Origin: Nemertoderma westbladi
Taxonomy: Eukaryota; Animalia; Xenacoelomorpha
DNA: 35,692 nucleotides
Direction of reading: 5' to 3'
Assembly: GCA_032718475.1 (NCBI GenBank)
Contig: JAUCBJ010000811.1
Location: 1 to 35,692 of the forward strand
Shown: positions 23,404 through 35,692 of the stretch, in pieces
Layout: the number at the start of each line of letters is the position of its first letter
Position numbering within the stretch: the first letter of the stretch is position 1
The notes under the pieces: model-generated
What the model saw: the letters and a program-made list of their open reading frames with translations, nothing else
Told to the model about the DNA's origin: nothing
Database searches by the model: none
Position numbers and translations under genes: made by a program

Positions 23404-26400
23404 AGCACCACAACACCACTTGAGACGTATCTAAGTTCTGACCCTCTGTTATGTAGGTATATGTAATGACGTCACTTAGGAACGTTCTGTGTCTGTTAAA
23501 CCCACTTTTAGCACCGAAATGGCGCTCTTCGATATCATCCTCAGGGGTATAATCACTATCTGTTTCAGTGTAATAACTGTGTTCTAACTGGTCGTTATCA
23601 TAACATAACTCCTCCTCCAAGTCACTAGCGTTTTCATCATGGTCTTTACAATCTCTTCTTGAGACATCTATGTCTGGAGGGCCTATGGACTCGCGTGAGT
23701 ATAGAGATGTAGCTATTATCTTACCTCTCACTTTATCCGAGTTTTCCTGTAGATAACGATTTGTAGGAGTATGGAAATCGGCGTGTAGCAGTTTATGATG
23801 TAATCTACCACGCTGTACACATCCGTTTCCACTGTTCGGGCACTGGTGTCTTACATGACCTGGAGCAAGACATGCCCAACAGGTATCTAACATCCGCACT
23901 TGAATCCGTCTCTGTTCTGAGCTCAGTTCTTTGAAGCGCCTACAATTTTCCAACTTGTGGTCGTCTGACCTTACTTCCTTTAAGAAGCAGAACTGGCATT
24001 CCACAAATCCAACTGGCAAATCCTGTTGCTTTATACTAGGTCTGTCTGACCTCTCACCTGACCAGACTCGCGAGTCTGATCTCAAGGCGAGGGAATGGTT
24101 ACTCTGGTTATATTTGTCTGCTGTGTTAAATGTCACAGACTGTATGTCTTCATTGACACTTACCATAGACCTTCCCAACGCAGGTTTTGTATCTCTCATA
24201 TTCTCCTCTGAGAAGTTTGACTTCATCTCTGCGATAGCGTCGGTTGCTATCATATCGTGAATATGTCTGAGTGTTAACACTTTATCTTGACCCTCCAAAT
24301 TTTTCTCTAATTTCCGCCATTTTTGCCGATAACGAAAGTTCAGGCGTCTTATTATACTCTTTAAAACCTCAGCGTGATCACCATAGTGTGATAGATTCAC
24401 TATTTTTAAAATATCTAGGGCATTTGTAATGGCGTTGGCCAAGTTTAACAGTTCCAACGGTGTTGTAATTTTTCCACCCTTGCCCAAATCCTCTACTATT
24501 GATTGTGCCATTTTGGTTTTATTCCTATAGACATCGCTAAGGGTCTTCATTGTTAGTTCAAATGCATTTTCACTCCCAACGAAATTGTCGGCAATGGTCC
24601 TTGGCTCTCGATGGAGCATTTGCAATAAGTAATTGAATCTTTCATTGGGTGTAAAGGTACTGTTAGTTAACTGCTCATTGACATAAGTCTTAAATGTCCT
24701 CCAGTGTTTATGGTTGCCCATAAACCTCTGAGGTTGTTGCGCTGGCAATCCCTGCCTAGCAGCAAACTTACCAATATCCCAAAGGGTGGTGTCATTCCGG
24801 ATTAATAAGTTGGTCAACTCTGCAGGGTTGTCGAGTCTGGGCCTTTCCCGGGGATTCATACTTACCTGCTCTGCGTCGGTCCTTCTTTCCTTCCGGTTTT
24901 GGGACTTCTGACGTCTCAATTCTTGCTCTTCATTGCTCGAGTCTGTGTCAGTTCTCAGTGCTCGCGTCGGTTTAAGCGCCGAGGCCCTGACCTAAGCTTC
25001 TTGTATAAATCTTTCCGCCAAATGTTCAAAATCGGGATTGTGGATCGTAAGAACGGGCGTTCTTACCTGAGGTCTTGGTGGTATTGTTGCCTCCGATATG
25101 CGTACTCGTGCGCCAGGTTGGACTCTATCTAGTTCTTGCCTGATTGGATTAGAATTACTTCTTACCTGGGCTGCTTCCCTTAACTGTAAGTTACTAAGCA
25201 TGTCTGTTATAGGTTGGATGTGCGCCGATATAGCTTGCGCTAAACTGGCACCTAAAACCTCCCTCATAATAAATTCCTGGCTAGGGTTCTGCTGAATCTT
25301 CGGCTCTATCTGAGTAATCCGCTGTCTCTCATATGATCCCTCTTCCGGTTTAACCTGGAAGTTCTCCGTCGAACTGGGTCGGCGATCCATCCGCGTATTC
25401 CAAACCCGCGGGTTCGGTTCGCCCAATACTCGGCCTCTCGGAGTTTCTTCTCTAAACTCCTGGGATTCCCGATAATAACTGTGCCGTGGCGCGCCGTCCT
25501 GATGGCGTGGATCCTGCGCGATGGGTGAAGCACTAATACCAACTGGCGTGCGATATGTAGAAAATGGTTTAGCGATCCGCGTACTCATAATAGCTGGACC
25601 GGGTATAGGAATTCTGGTCGCCGTCGACTCACGTATAACCGGAGTTCTTGCCTCTTGTTCGGCCTTCTGCTGTGCGAACAGGTCTCGCAACTCGGTACCT
25701 ACACTCGCCCCACATTCTTCAATCATTCGCATCCCCCTTTCGGCAATTTCATTTGCCTTCCTTGTTCGTTCTTCGCTTTCTAAGGTTAGTCTCGCACTTT
25801 CCAATTGCGCCAGTTTGCATTGTTCTTCTTCCCTTGCGAGTCTCACTGAGCTCTCTTCCTCCAGCCGCGCCTTTTCTTCGTATAATGCGCGTCTCCTTTT
25901 TTTGATCTCGAGTTCGTGTTCCTTGCGCTCACGTTCGAGTTGAAGTTCACGTTCCTTCCGTACGCGTTCGGCTCGCTCACGCTTACTTATATCCTCCAAC
26001 TCTCGCAGCTCTGCGTCTAACTTCCGTTTGCGCTCCCTTTCTCGTTCGGCTTCCTTCCATGCCTCCGCTGCACATAAGACCTTTGCCTGTTGTTCGTCTA
26101 GTTGCCTTCTTCTATCCTCCACCGAGTTGTGAGAAACTAGGGATCTGGCACATATAACCTTTCCTCGCGCGTGACTAACCTGAGAATCCCCGCTGTTTCT
26201 GGATGCATCTTCGGGTGGAGTTAACGTCCTCTGTTGGATGTTCTCCGTCGTTGGTAGCACCTGACCCGGTACTACTACTCCACTCTGCATCAACCAGTTG
26301 GGGACTTCCCTCTGGTACCTACGTTCTTCTTTGTTTGAGTCTCTTCCTGCTCCACTAAGTTCCTTTCCTCCGTGTCACTTACCTGAGTCGCCTGCGCTTG

Positions 26401-27126
26401 CGACGCCCATAGCAACCAGTTTTCTGTCCTAACTCATCAGAATCGCTCCGATAGTGTGCGGTGCTCCAACAAGGCCGCCAGAGCCCTATCGTAAACCTTC
26501 GTCGCTATGTCACTCAACTGAGACTCCACTGCTCCTTTCACTAGGACTGCAAGCTCCTCCGTCTGCCTAAATAACACTGAGTTATATCCCCTTCTAAGTT
26601 CTACTAACCCTTCCCTTCCGATGTTACCAGAGTCGGCTAGCATCTTCCTTACCTTGTCCGTTGTCCGAGTTATATGTCCGGCATGCACGCGGAGTTTCTT
26701 CTTTAATGCGTTGTCTTGCTCTCTCTCGCTTACCTGACTTACACTTGGTGGACTTGAGGGATTATTACAGGAACTTTGGGTGCTCCTCACTGCCACTGGG
26801 ACCATGGCACTGACCATACCCACAGGTCTGGAAACCGGGCTTTGAGATCTCGCCCCAGCTAAACTGCCCTTCTTATCACTCACCTTGCGTTGGGCTGGTG
26901 TGCCATCCTTCCTTACAGTAGTAGTAGGGGACCCTAATAATATTACCTCACCTTGGTCTTCTTCACTGGTTACTATCTCGTCCTCCTGTTCACTTACGTC
27001 AGCGTCACTCGCTGCGTCGTCATAGTCGGCATTGTCGTCAACAGTTATATTGAAACTATTGTCAGCCGGCGGTGCAGCCGCCGTCTCATAGCTGTCCTCT
27101 AGTGCCTCCTTCTCTGAGACACTCAT
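23282..27126 (-). pseudogene. gag: BEL/Pao Gag, disrupted (frameshift near 26300-26440; in-frame TAG at 24992-24994)
   Basis: Long E/R coiled coil; DUF1759-like FMGNHKHWRTF...LLQMLHREPR; BEL triple knuckle CQFC...H.LENC..F, CWACLAPGHVRHQC, C...HHKLLH. ORFs 24992-26293 and 23282-24919 share a frame. Confidence 0.88.
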
Positions 27127-28121
27127 TGTTTAAAGTATATATATAATTATTTGCCTTTCAGCTAAAATCTCGCAAAATTTCGAGATATATATTAATTTAA
27201 TCGAAATTTCGATTAAATTATTTGTCAAAATAATTTACTTGGTCTCAAAATATCAAATATTAAATTTGTTAATAATTCACAATAAAAAATATTATGAATT
27301 TAATTGTATATAATTATGGTAAATACCAGTATAATATTTAAACAAAATATAGCTCTATAGCTATTATACAGCATTTAAATACCGGTATGACACAAAAATA
27401 ATTTGAATCTAATTCAGAAATTCAAAAAAATAAATTTGTCACCCAAAATATTTCTAATTTTATATATACAGTCCCAATCCCAATAAACATTAACTTGGTC
27501 GTTTTGGCGGCCAAAATGACCAAAATCACCAAAAAAAATGTAGTGTATTCCTATGGGCTACTTGGTCGTTTTGGCGAAGCGATTTAACTCGAATCAGCTC
27601 AATCCAGACAGTCTGTCTCCTTGGCCATCCATTTGGTGGATCTGACTAAATGTCGGCTCGCTTTCATTTTTATTATTGACAGATTGTTAACTTACCCGGC
27701 GCTGAGCCTTGCAGTACTGGAGTCCGCCCACTGAGGCATTGATAGAGTGCACAGTCTTATAAAAGGAGTTGAATGGGGCTTCGTTAAAGGAGGAGTATGT
27801 ATAATAATCTGAACGTCCCGAAATTAATTTATGGACGTCCCAAAATTAACTTATATGGACGTCCCGAAATTAACTTATGGACGTCCCGAAATTAACTTAT
27901 GAACATCCTGAAATTAATTTATGGACGTCCCCAAATTAATTTATGGACGTCCCGTAATTAATCTATCAACCAATCAGAATCGTAATGAAATAACTAATTA
28001 ATGGACGCCCATAAATTAATTTCGGGATGTTAATTTCGGAAATTAATTTCAATAATATTTTTTTTTATAATAAACATTTTTTTAAATATTTTTTTACAAT
28101 GTATAATTCGCGGACACTGCG

Positions 28122-28524
28122 GGGTGACTACAAAACAAAGACCCAATTATAAAGACCTGCATAATCTTGTTACATGTGTTAACTTTCGTTAATTGTTTTG
28201 AATCCCCCGTCACGCCTCTGTAACTTGCTCCTTTACTAACCTGCTCCTTTAAATAGCAATGGTACATAACGCTCATTGTGACCTGTACAAAACAAAGAGG
28301 TAAAGTCGCGTTACGTCCCAAAGAGCGTTAGGTTCCAAAGAGCTTTAGGTCCCATTGCCAGAGAGCGTGAGATCACATTGCCATTTAAAGGAGCAGGTTA
28401 GTAAAGAAGCAGGTTACAGAGGCGTGTTGGGGAACCAAAACAATAAACGAAAGTTAACACATGCGTTTTGTATTTGTACAGGTCTTTATTATTTGGGTCG
28501 TTGGTCTTTGTTTTGTAGTCACCC
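28122..28524. mobile_element. Mutator-like MITE, same insertion as 16539-16939
   Basis: Same TIRs and GACACTGCG TSD (28113-28121, 28525-28533). Confidence 0.85.
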
Positions 28525-29349
28525 GACACTGCGGTGTTGCGTGGGGGCCACCAATCCACCCACCCACACTCAACTCCCAACTTCCTGGACACTAGGATAC
28601 TGAGTGAAAGCGTCTGAAACTACTACAGGAACTCCATGACAGACTATGGGCTAGCGACTAGGGACTGGCGCCCTTGAACATGTAAACTGTAGTACCTACT
28701 GTACCACCTACCTTAAAGTGACCTGTGGGACCAGCCCATTATTAGTGAGGTCGGCATTTCTCTTTATCCTGCCGCTCTCTTTGTATTACAATAGCATTCA
28801 GCTTACCAATGGCAATGGTCTACCCCCAGTGCGGGAAAGACAAGCTGGTTACCATTGAAATGAATAGGGGAAGGATAATATGGTTTGTTCGTGTTCCCAT
28901 CCTAATGTCTGTCGTCTTGGCTCAGCTAAGCTTAAACAGAGCCACAGCCTACAATAGAGCTTTACCTAAATACACTTCCAGCGAGCCAAGCAGTAGTGGC
29001 GGGTTAGCTCCAAAATGCCCATATAGGATTTCTTCGAAAAAGGACCAATTGGTTGAGTTACGAGTTACAGTGAAAAAGATTAGATTTTGCTTTGAACAGG
29101 AGAAACAGATGGAATATATAGGTCATCTAATTAATTGTTTAAAGATTAGCAAACAATACAGTGTAATTGAATACATAAATAAAACGTGGATACAAAATGT
29201 AAACTCGGGATGCAAAATATTAATTTCTGAGCTAAGAAAGGGAAATTGGATACTGTACAACTTTTCTGGATACAAGCGGTCCGTTTACCTTACAAAATGA
29301 AAAATAAACGTGCTAAATATAAAACAGTAGTGTCCTACTCAAACGGAAC

Positions 29350-29376
29350 GGGGGGGGGGGGGGGGGGGGGGGGGGG
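29350..29376 (+). repeat. Poly-G run (27 G)
   Basis: Direct reading. Confidence 0.9.
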
Positions 29377-30148
29377 TTGGTGAGGGAATGTCCGGAAATC
29401 GAAGCCTTTTTCTATCTGCCAACATCCTGGGCTTTACTTACACTCAGCCTCTATTCACTGGCTGTGATTGACAAGCCAACTTGCCTCAGAAGTTCCTTTC
29501 ATGAATGCCGCAATTTATATTTGGCCATTTTGGTCGTTTTGGCCGCCAAAATGACCAAGTTAATGTTTATTGGGATTGGGACTGTAGCTCAAAATCAACG
29601 TAATTTTATTTTTAAATATTATATATATCCACTAGCGCGTGGCTATACCTGCAGGTTGCGACACTCTCTCTCTCTCCAACTGAGCGATCCAAAACACCAT
29701 GGCCGGCTAAACCTAACTAACCTAACTAATAAACTGAGTTCAGTTTCGCAGTCAAACAACCGGTAATTTTTTACTGCTTCCATAAACACACTGATACCAA
29801 CAGAACAACTAACCCTGTTCGCTGTGAGATTCCACGTCCGTGTCCTAGGCTACAGACTCATTGCTGATTGCAAACCGAACCCGTAGACCCACACAAACCC
29901 CAGCATCAAAAGTTCCATCTCGCCATGTATCTCCAGATGTTATAAAATAATTAAGCGGTTATCCAACATACCAGTACTAAAACCCTAAATTTTATTATAT
30001 AAATAATTTTGGCCGAAACTGAATTCTCACAAACCTAGCTACTAATTTTGAATTTACTAATTTTACAATTTACCCTAAGAACCTAAGAGCCTAACGAATT
30101 ACTGTATTCTCTATGAATAGTGAACAAAAAAAAATAAAAGCCATTTAC

Positions 30149-31931
30149 TGTTAAAGAAATCTCAAAGGGGATTCTTCCTTTTGATATGTTCGTATTTTCA
30201 AATGAAACAAAGGGTTTAATCAAACTATAACATACCAAGCTAATTGCCCTAAACACAAGCCGAAACAGAAACAACCAAAACAATAAATCTGATTTGGCTT
30301 CCCAAGCTACTTATTACGGTAACGAGTGTTGGTGACTTAACACTCCAATTGTTCACCCTTCACAGAGAAATAAAGCAGTTCGTCAGGTGGACAAATGTTG
30401 AATGTGAGAATATTTAAGAATGCAAAAGGGGGGAAATTATTTACCTAAACCCTGGTGCCCTTAGCACTGACTGTAATCAGCTATATTACTGCTCGCTACA
30501 CTTGTGACTACTGTAGACTTGCAAACCCGCTATTTTTTAGATAACCACCTAGCTGCCTAGTATAAATTTGTCCAAAGATATTTCTGTATTTCCTAAGTGT
30601 AAATAACTAGAACTATTCTCCGCTATGCAGCGTACGAAGTCCTTATTTTATTCGAAATACTATCATACATAAACTACATTTACTCAAATGTACGGGGTTG
30701 CGAACTAATTATTAGGTATTCCGGAATTTGTAATGCTAATTAGTTACGTTACTGGGCTACTCTAAAGACAGCCTAAATACCGTATTATTTGAGCTAACAG
30801 CAATTAACAAGCATAAATAGAAAACAGAAACAATCAAGATATATAGCGCCTATCTAAAACATTACACATAAATAGTGTAGCTACAATTAGGCCCTATAAT
30901 CGCAGTAATAGCGTTAGCATTAGCATTAGCATAGCATTAGCATAAACGTAGCATTAGCGTAAACGGCTAAGGTCACCCCAGATCAATGTGATCTTTCTAC
31001 CTAAACCTAGCTAGCCTAATAGCAAATCTGAGAGACAAGATCTAGGTCGCCTTGCCCCTTACAGCCTTAATGGCGACCGGCCCCTTGGTCCTAAACGTAA
31101 TTCAGCCAACCGCAGCCACCAGCCCCACCGGTAGTGCCGTGCATTGGATCCTCCAACTTCTCCCGTCGCTTCCAAACAGTGAGCCCGCGGCGCCTACCCC
31201 TAGCCCAACATGTTAAAGAGGGCAGTTACCGTAACGGCGCAATCATAGTAAAACCCAATCAGACAGTCGAAGGAACAGTCGAAGGAAACAAACAGACAAA
31301 AGTTGATTTTGGTTCACTACATTGCGGCAATTATATTTGCAATCAGAAATATAAAATCAACAGTCAGACTAAGCAGTAATCATATTCAAAAGTCACAAAT
31401 GTATGAAGAAAGCAGCAAAATTTACAACCAACGGAAGTGCAAAAAACGAAGAATAAAGATGGCTACTGCTAAAATAATCAGGCGACATCCAGGGTTGTCT
31501 CAGCTGGATTTTCGACCAACCAGTGGGCAGAACTCAATTTAGGATCATTAAAGCACGTAATCGCCTCAACTTAATTTGGCGATTATTAAATGCACAATTT
31601 AGGCCTTATTTTAGCACAAACATCGATTTATAGGGATATGTAAATAAAATTAGCACAAATGTATTAGATTCGATAGATATTGGAAAACGGCAAAATTCAT
31701 ATTTTGTTTTAAAGAATTTTGCCACCGCAAATGAATATATCAGGGTTTTATTATAAAATGACGTAAATAGGGCTACATACTGTATAAAATCGACTGAATA
31801 TAAAATGAACTTGTGTATTTTTTATTTACCCTATCTAATTATTATGGTTGCACATCAATACGCACTTATCTAACTTATTTTATACTGTATAAGGTGGGTT
31901 GTTCTGTACACAAAGGCCATATATCGCAACA
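30149..31931 (-). repeat. 5' LTR of element C
   Basis: Near-identical to 18380-20150; upstream of gag on the minus strand. Confidence 0.9.
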
Positions 31932-33789
31932 TAACACCTAACAACCAACCAGCAGACAGTATTTGGTATTAAATTACTTTTAAGGTCAAAAATGGGGCGA
32001 AATTATCGGATTTTATTAATTAAAAAATGTAAAGTGTGCCTTCTAATAATACCTATCGTACTGGAAAGCGAGATTTTTCAGATTGTTTGATAAATTCGAT
32101 ATTTTCGTTGATCATTGTTGTTTTCGTTATTTTCGGGTTTTATAACCATCCTTCTAGGAGGGAGGAAAACGTGGTTGACATTTGACATTTGTGGTTGACA
32201 TTCCTTTTCGCTTATTAAAACTTCCACTTAATCATGGGAAAACAATTGTATGTAAAATTCAAGTAACACGATTTATGTTTACTTATTATTATTATTTCCA
32301 CCAATTCCATGAATTTACTACTATAGTCCTGCACCACAATGTAGAACATTCGTGTATGAATATATGCGAAATAGTAATTCATAAAAATTATACCTATATA
32401 AATACTAAATATATATTTTTTTAAATACTGTATATAAGTATCGCATCGACTGCGCACCGACTTATGAGATATTTATTATGTCCCATGTAGATAATGAATA
32501 GTTAATAAATTTAATAAAATAGCCTCGCGCAGAATATTAATATTGGAATTTTCGAAACCCATATTATGCTGTATCAGCTCTCTCAGGCCTACATACGCCA
32601 GGATGGTAGACAAGGTTCCTGTAATAATATACATACTCACTTAAAACTTAAAAATGATGCATCATCTCAGTAGTATATTTCAGTAGTACCGGTAACATAT
32701 CATTCCCATAACCCAGCACTACCTTACAGGCTTGACGACTGACACTTACTGCCTCCGTGGATTCACTATATATTTTAGTGGCGAGAGGAACAGTTGTTAT
32801 CAGCCATGGACATTCATGAAACGCCTTCGTTAACGTCATAATGCTGAACTATTGGGGAAGTAATTGGCCGATCGAGAGCTGTGTGGGGCAGTTGCATTTT
32901 CAAGAAAGGCAGCCTGCAGGCTGTAAATCTTACTGATGATATGGCCACTTTGTATCTGTATACAATATGTACCTGGCAGCTAGCCATGTACAATTAGAGT
33001 GCAACATAGAGTACAGTATGTTCTACATATATATGCGTGTCTATTGTCTACAGTATAAACACTACAGTACTGTAGTAGATAATATTTCAATATTAGTTAT
33101 TTTGTTAGTGATCATGTAAATAATATAGCCCGTAGCACTAAAAATATAAGAATTCATGAAATGAAAGGAAAGTATATGGAGCTTGTCTAATTAACCAAAT
33201 TACCTTTAACTGTAATATTTCGCCCATGTATGCAAATAAGAAACATTATTATGCCCGTAGTGCCAATACTGATCAATTTTCTGAATATACTGTATGTTTT
33301 ATTATTGAATAATTAGAAAGCAATTTTGAATAATGGGCCAACAAAATAATCAGTATAATTGAGTATATGAAATACACCCGTATATATAAGTTGCTTAGTA
33401 TTCAGTATAAACAGATAGCATAGAATTTGACAAAAAGATAAAAACATACCATCCAACTGGGGGCAGTTCCAGGCAACTAATTCCCACCAAACCAAGGCAT
33501 GATGAGCTACCCACGCCATATCGGCTGCTCTGTTACACATAAAATCAATAATTAACAAAAATAATTAATTTACGGTATACGATTGAATAAAGGCTTAAAG
33601 TAAAATATACCGATATCTGCTATCTACATAATAATTAGGAATGATAAAATCCCGGTCCTAATTAAATGAGCTATAATAATTTTTATAGTAACAACTATAA
33701 TAGTTATTATATTTTTCAGTATTAATATATTTTTTGGTATTTTCGGTAAGGAATTATCTGTCTGTAAGGAATGTTTGTTAATAACGTAT

Positions 33790-34410
33790 TCTGACAATAA
33801 TGAAGCACATCACAACGTTAATATTTTCGATAGGGGGGTTTTCCTATACGGTGATTTCATTTCTGATTTTAGTTTTCATGTTTGGCGGAATCTAGTCTTT
33901 CTGTCTGTCTGTCGGTCTTTCTGTCTGCCTCTCTGTCCAATGTATACAACAGACAGACAAGATTCATCCAAACATGAAAACTGACATCAAAATTGAAATC
34001 ACATACCAGAAATACCCCATTGCTAAAATATTAGTCACGTAGAAGGCTTTCTTATATTTTGACCGACAACAGAGAGAGACAGACAGACAAATAGACTGAC
34101 AGCCAGACTAGATTCTGTCAAACATGAAAACGGTAGTCGGTAATGAAATGATCGACCAGGAAAACCCCCAAGTAGAAAATTTAAGCAAATTGGTGTGCTT
34201 TCTTATATTTGACAGACAACAGACAGACTGACAGACAAACAGACATACTAGACTCTGACAAACATGAAAAATTACATCGGAAATAAATCACCGACCTGGA
34301 AAACCTCAAAGGTGAAACTATTAGAAAATTTGTGTATACTTTATTATATTCTACATCCTAGAAGTGCAAAAGACGGACAAACAGACAATCGGACAGACCG
34401 ACATGACATT
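33790..34410. repeat. Diverged ~140-bp repeat units with ACAG microsatellite (one inverted, about three direct), probable DNA-transposon remnant
   Basis: ACTAGATTCTGTCAAACATGAAAA...GAAAACCCC units at ~33945, 34105, 34245; inverted TTTTCATGTTTGGCGGAATCTAGT at ~33872. Confidence 0.6.
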
Positions 34411-34512
34411 TTAACACTTGAAGTTACGTTTCTGAAAATCTGGTAGCTGGAAAGGTTGTAAAATTTTGATTTAGAAATATTATATTTTATTGTTATTTTG
34501 CTGATCTAAATA

Positions 34513-35629
34513 GGATCTTTTTACAGAACACAAGCGAAAAACACCCCAACACAGTAGAACACACTAGAATACACCCCGAACATAGGCGAACACGGCAGAA
34601 ATTAAAATCAGCACCAATAAATAGCACACTGGGAAAAAGACCGGCTGAATTCATATAAATGTAAGAAAGCAATTACATTTTTTAATTAAATAGCTGTATT
34701 CTACATCCTCTAAAATAAATTACTCTTCGATATCTTGTAACCTGGAGAATTGTATTCCTACTGCTGTACTGTCACACCAGAGTGGTCAGGTACCGGTATG
34801 GGTGGTATCTGGTAATAAGGGCATGGTAATGCAGTAATGTTATTGCCATCGGTAGTGGTATATTGCATGAATATAATGAGAATGAAGTTCGTGAACATTA
34901 TAGAGAATGTTGTTCTACTAAGCACCCACTACTGTACTATAAAATTCTGCATTTCCGATACGGGCAACCGCGATGAACTTAGCAGAGTGCAGAGTGGAGA
35001 GCGCTACTAAAATTCCGAGAATACAGACTAAGACTTACTGTAGTAGGCTTAGTGTACCGGTAGTAGAGTTGTTTACTACTCCATCCCATCATTGGAATCT
35101 TTGGCATTAAAACTGTTGGATACTCTGGATATAAGGCAGATTGTATCGACGAATACCAATCAAGAAAACCATGAATAAAGAAGTCATCCACATGCTCAAG
35201 CATACCATCCTTTGAGCTTAGGCTCAGCCGGTCAGAGACTTACTGAGGACTTTCAAAGTTAACTGTCAAAATGTTGGTCTTTCTGAGTTTAGTTCCATTA
35301 AGTTAACGATTAGCGATCGCCGATCGGCCGATACTGCCATATCGCCTAGGAAATACAGATGTCTTTATATTGTAGCAAGTGTAGAAAAGATCTATCGGTT
35401 CCTTGGACAAGTCTCTCTCTAATGTTAAGGATCTTCTTCTTTTGGTGCAATAATCTTAATAATACCGCACTGCCGGTGCCGTATAGTGTATATACCTGTA
35501 TTATAGCAGTATAGTGTATTTTTGGTGCTTATTTTAATTACTGCTGTGTTTGCCTATGTTCGGGGTGTTTTCTAGTGTGTTATACTGTATTCTTGTGTGT
35601 TCGCTTGTGTTCTGTAAAAAGAACTATCC
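34513..35629. mobile_element. Mutator-like non-autonomous element (1.1 kb)
   Basis: ~120-bp imperfect TIRs (CTTTTTACAGAACACAAGCGAA...CACCCCGAACATAGGC); perfect 9-bp TSD ATCTAAATA (34504-34512, 35630-35638). Confidence 0.82.
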
Positions 35630-35692
35630 ATCTAAATATGATTTCTACCTTTCACTAAACTTTATTTGCGTTTTTCTCAAAACACCACTTTT

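Larger units (their letters stand above)
27469..29584. mobile_element. Tc1/mariner-superfamily non-autonomous element (long copy, 2116 bp) inserted in the 5' leader of element C
   Basis: Same TIRs as 15948-17430, TA on both sides; carries an extra 573 bp (28835-29407). Confidence 0.88.
18380..31931 (-). mobile_element. BEL/Pao LTR element C, gag-only (non-autonomous or internally deleted)
   Basis: Two highly similar ~1.77-kb TGTT...AACA LTRs, 5-bp TSD TAACA (18375-18379, 31932-31936), BEL-type gag, no pol motifs found. Confidence 0.88.
14577..32151. mobile_element. Non-autonomous Mutator-like/foldback element with ~0.85-kb TIRs, heavily nested
   Basis: 14577-~15420 is the inverted complement of ~17900-18379 joined to 31937-32151 (duplicated at 20156-20372); termini GGGTAGTTATAA / TTATAACCATCC; flanking 9-mers CTCTAGGAG (14568-14576) and TTCTAGGAG (32152-32160). 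Confidence 0.7.

Noticed and set aside
28809-29766. ORFs of 163 and 129 aa as transposase
   Set aside because: No DDE/D or HTH motif; the second runs through the TIR into flanking DNA.
32648-33558. Possible host exons or small ORFs
   Set aside because: No recognisable protein similarity and stops in plausible frames; cannot be supported without a search.

Overview
Eukaryotic (probably invertebrate animal), AT-rich window that is almost entirely a nest of transposable elements; no host gene is supported. (1) 1-11193: 3' part of a plus-strand BEL/Pao LTR retrotransposon (element A). It has a nearly intact pol (protease end-RT-RNase H-integrase), a 1.6-kb spacer, and then a second ~1417-codon reading frame (5860-10113, split only by one in-frame TGA). 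That frame encodes a coiled coil, a DEDDy/RNase D/WRN-type 3'-5' exonuclease-like domain, several CCHC zinc knuckles and a basic tail, and is followed by a PPT and ~1-kb 3' LTR. This extra ORF, sitting where env usually does, is the most interesting feature. (2) 11275-12229: a diverged related LTR in opposite orientation (element B), abutting (3) a decayed piggyBac (12230-14344). (4) 14577-32151: a Mutator-like foldback element with ~0.85-kb TIRs. It contains a Tc1/mariner-type non-autonomous element that itself carries a MULE MITE. Its right TIR is interrupted by a minus-strand, gag-only BEL/Pao element C (18380-31931), which holds a second Tc1-type copy and an odd internal duplication of its own outer flank. 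(5) Another MULE-type MITE at 34513-35629. All calls are by eye from motifs, repeats and TSDs; no searches were run.
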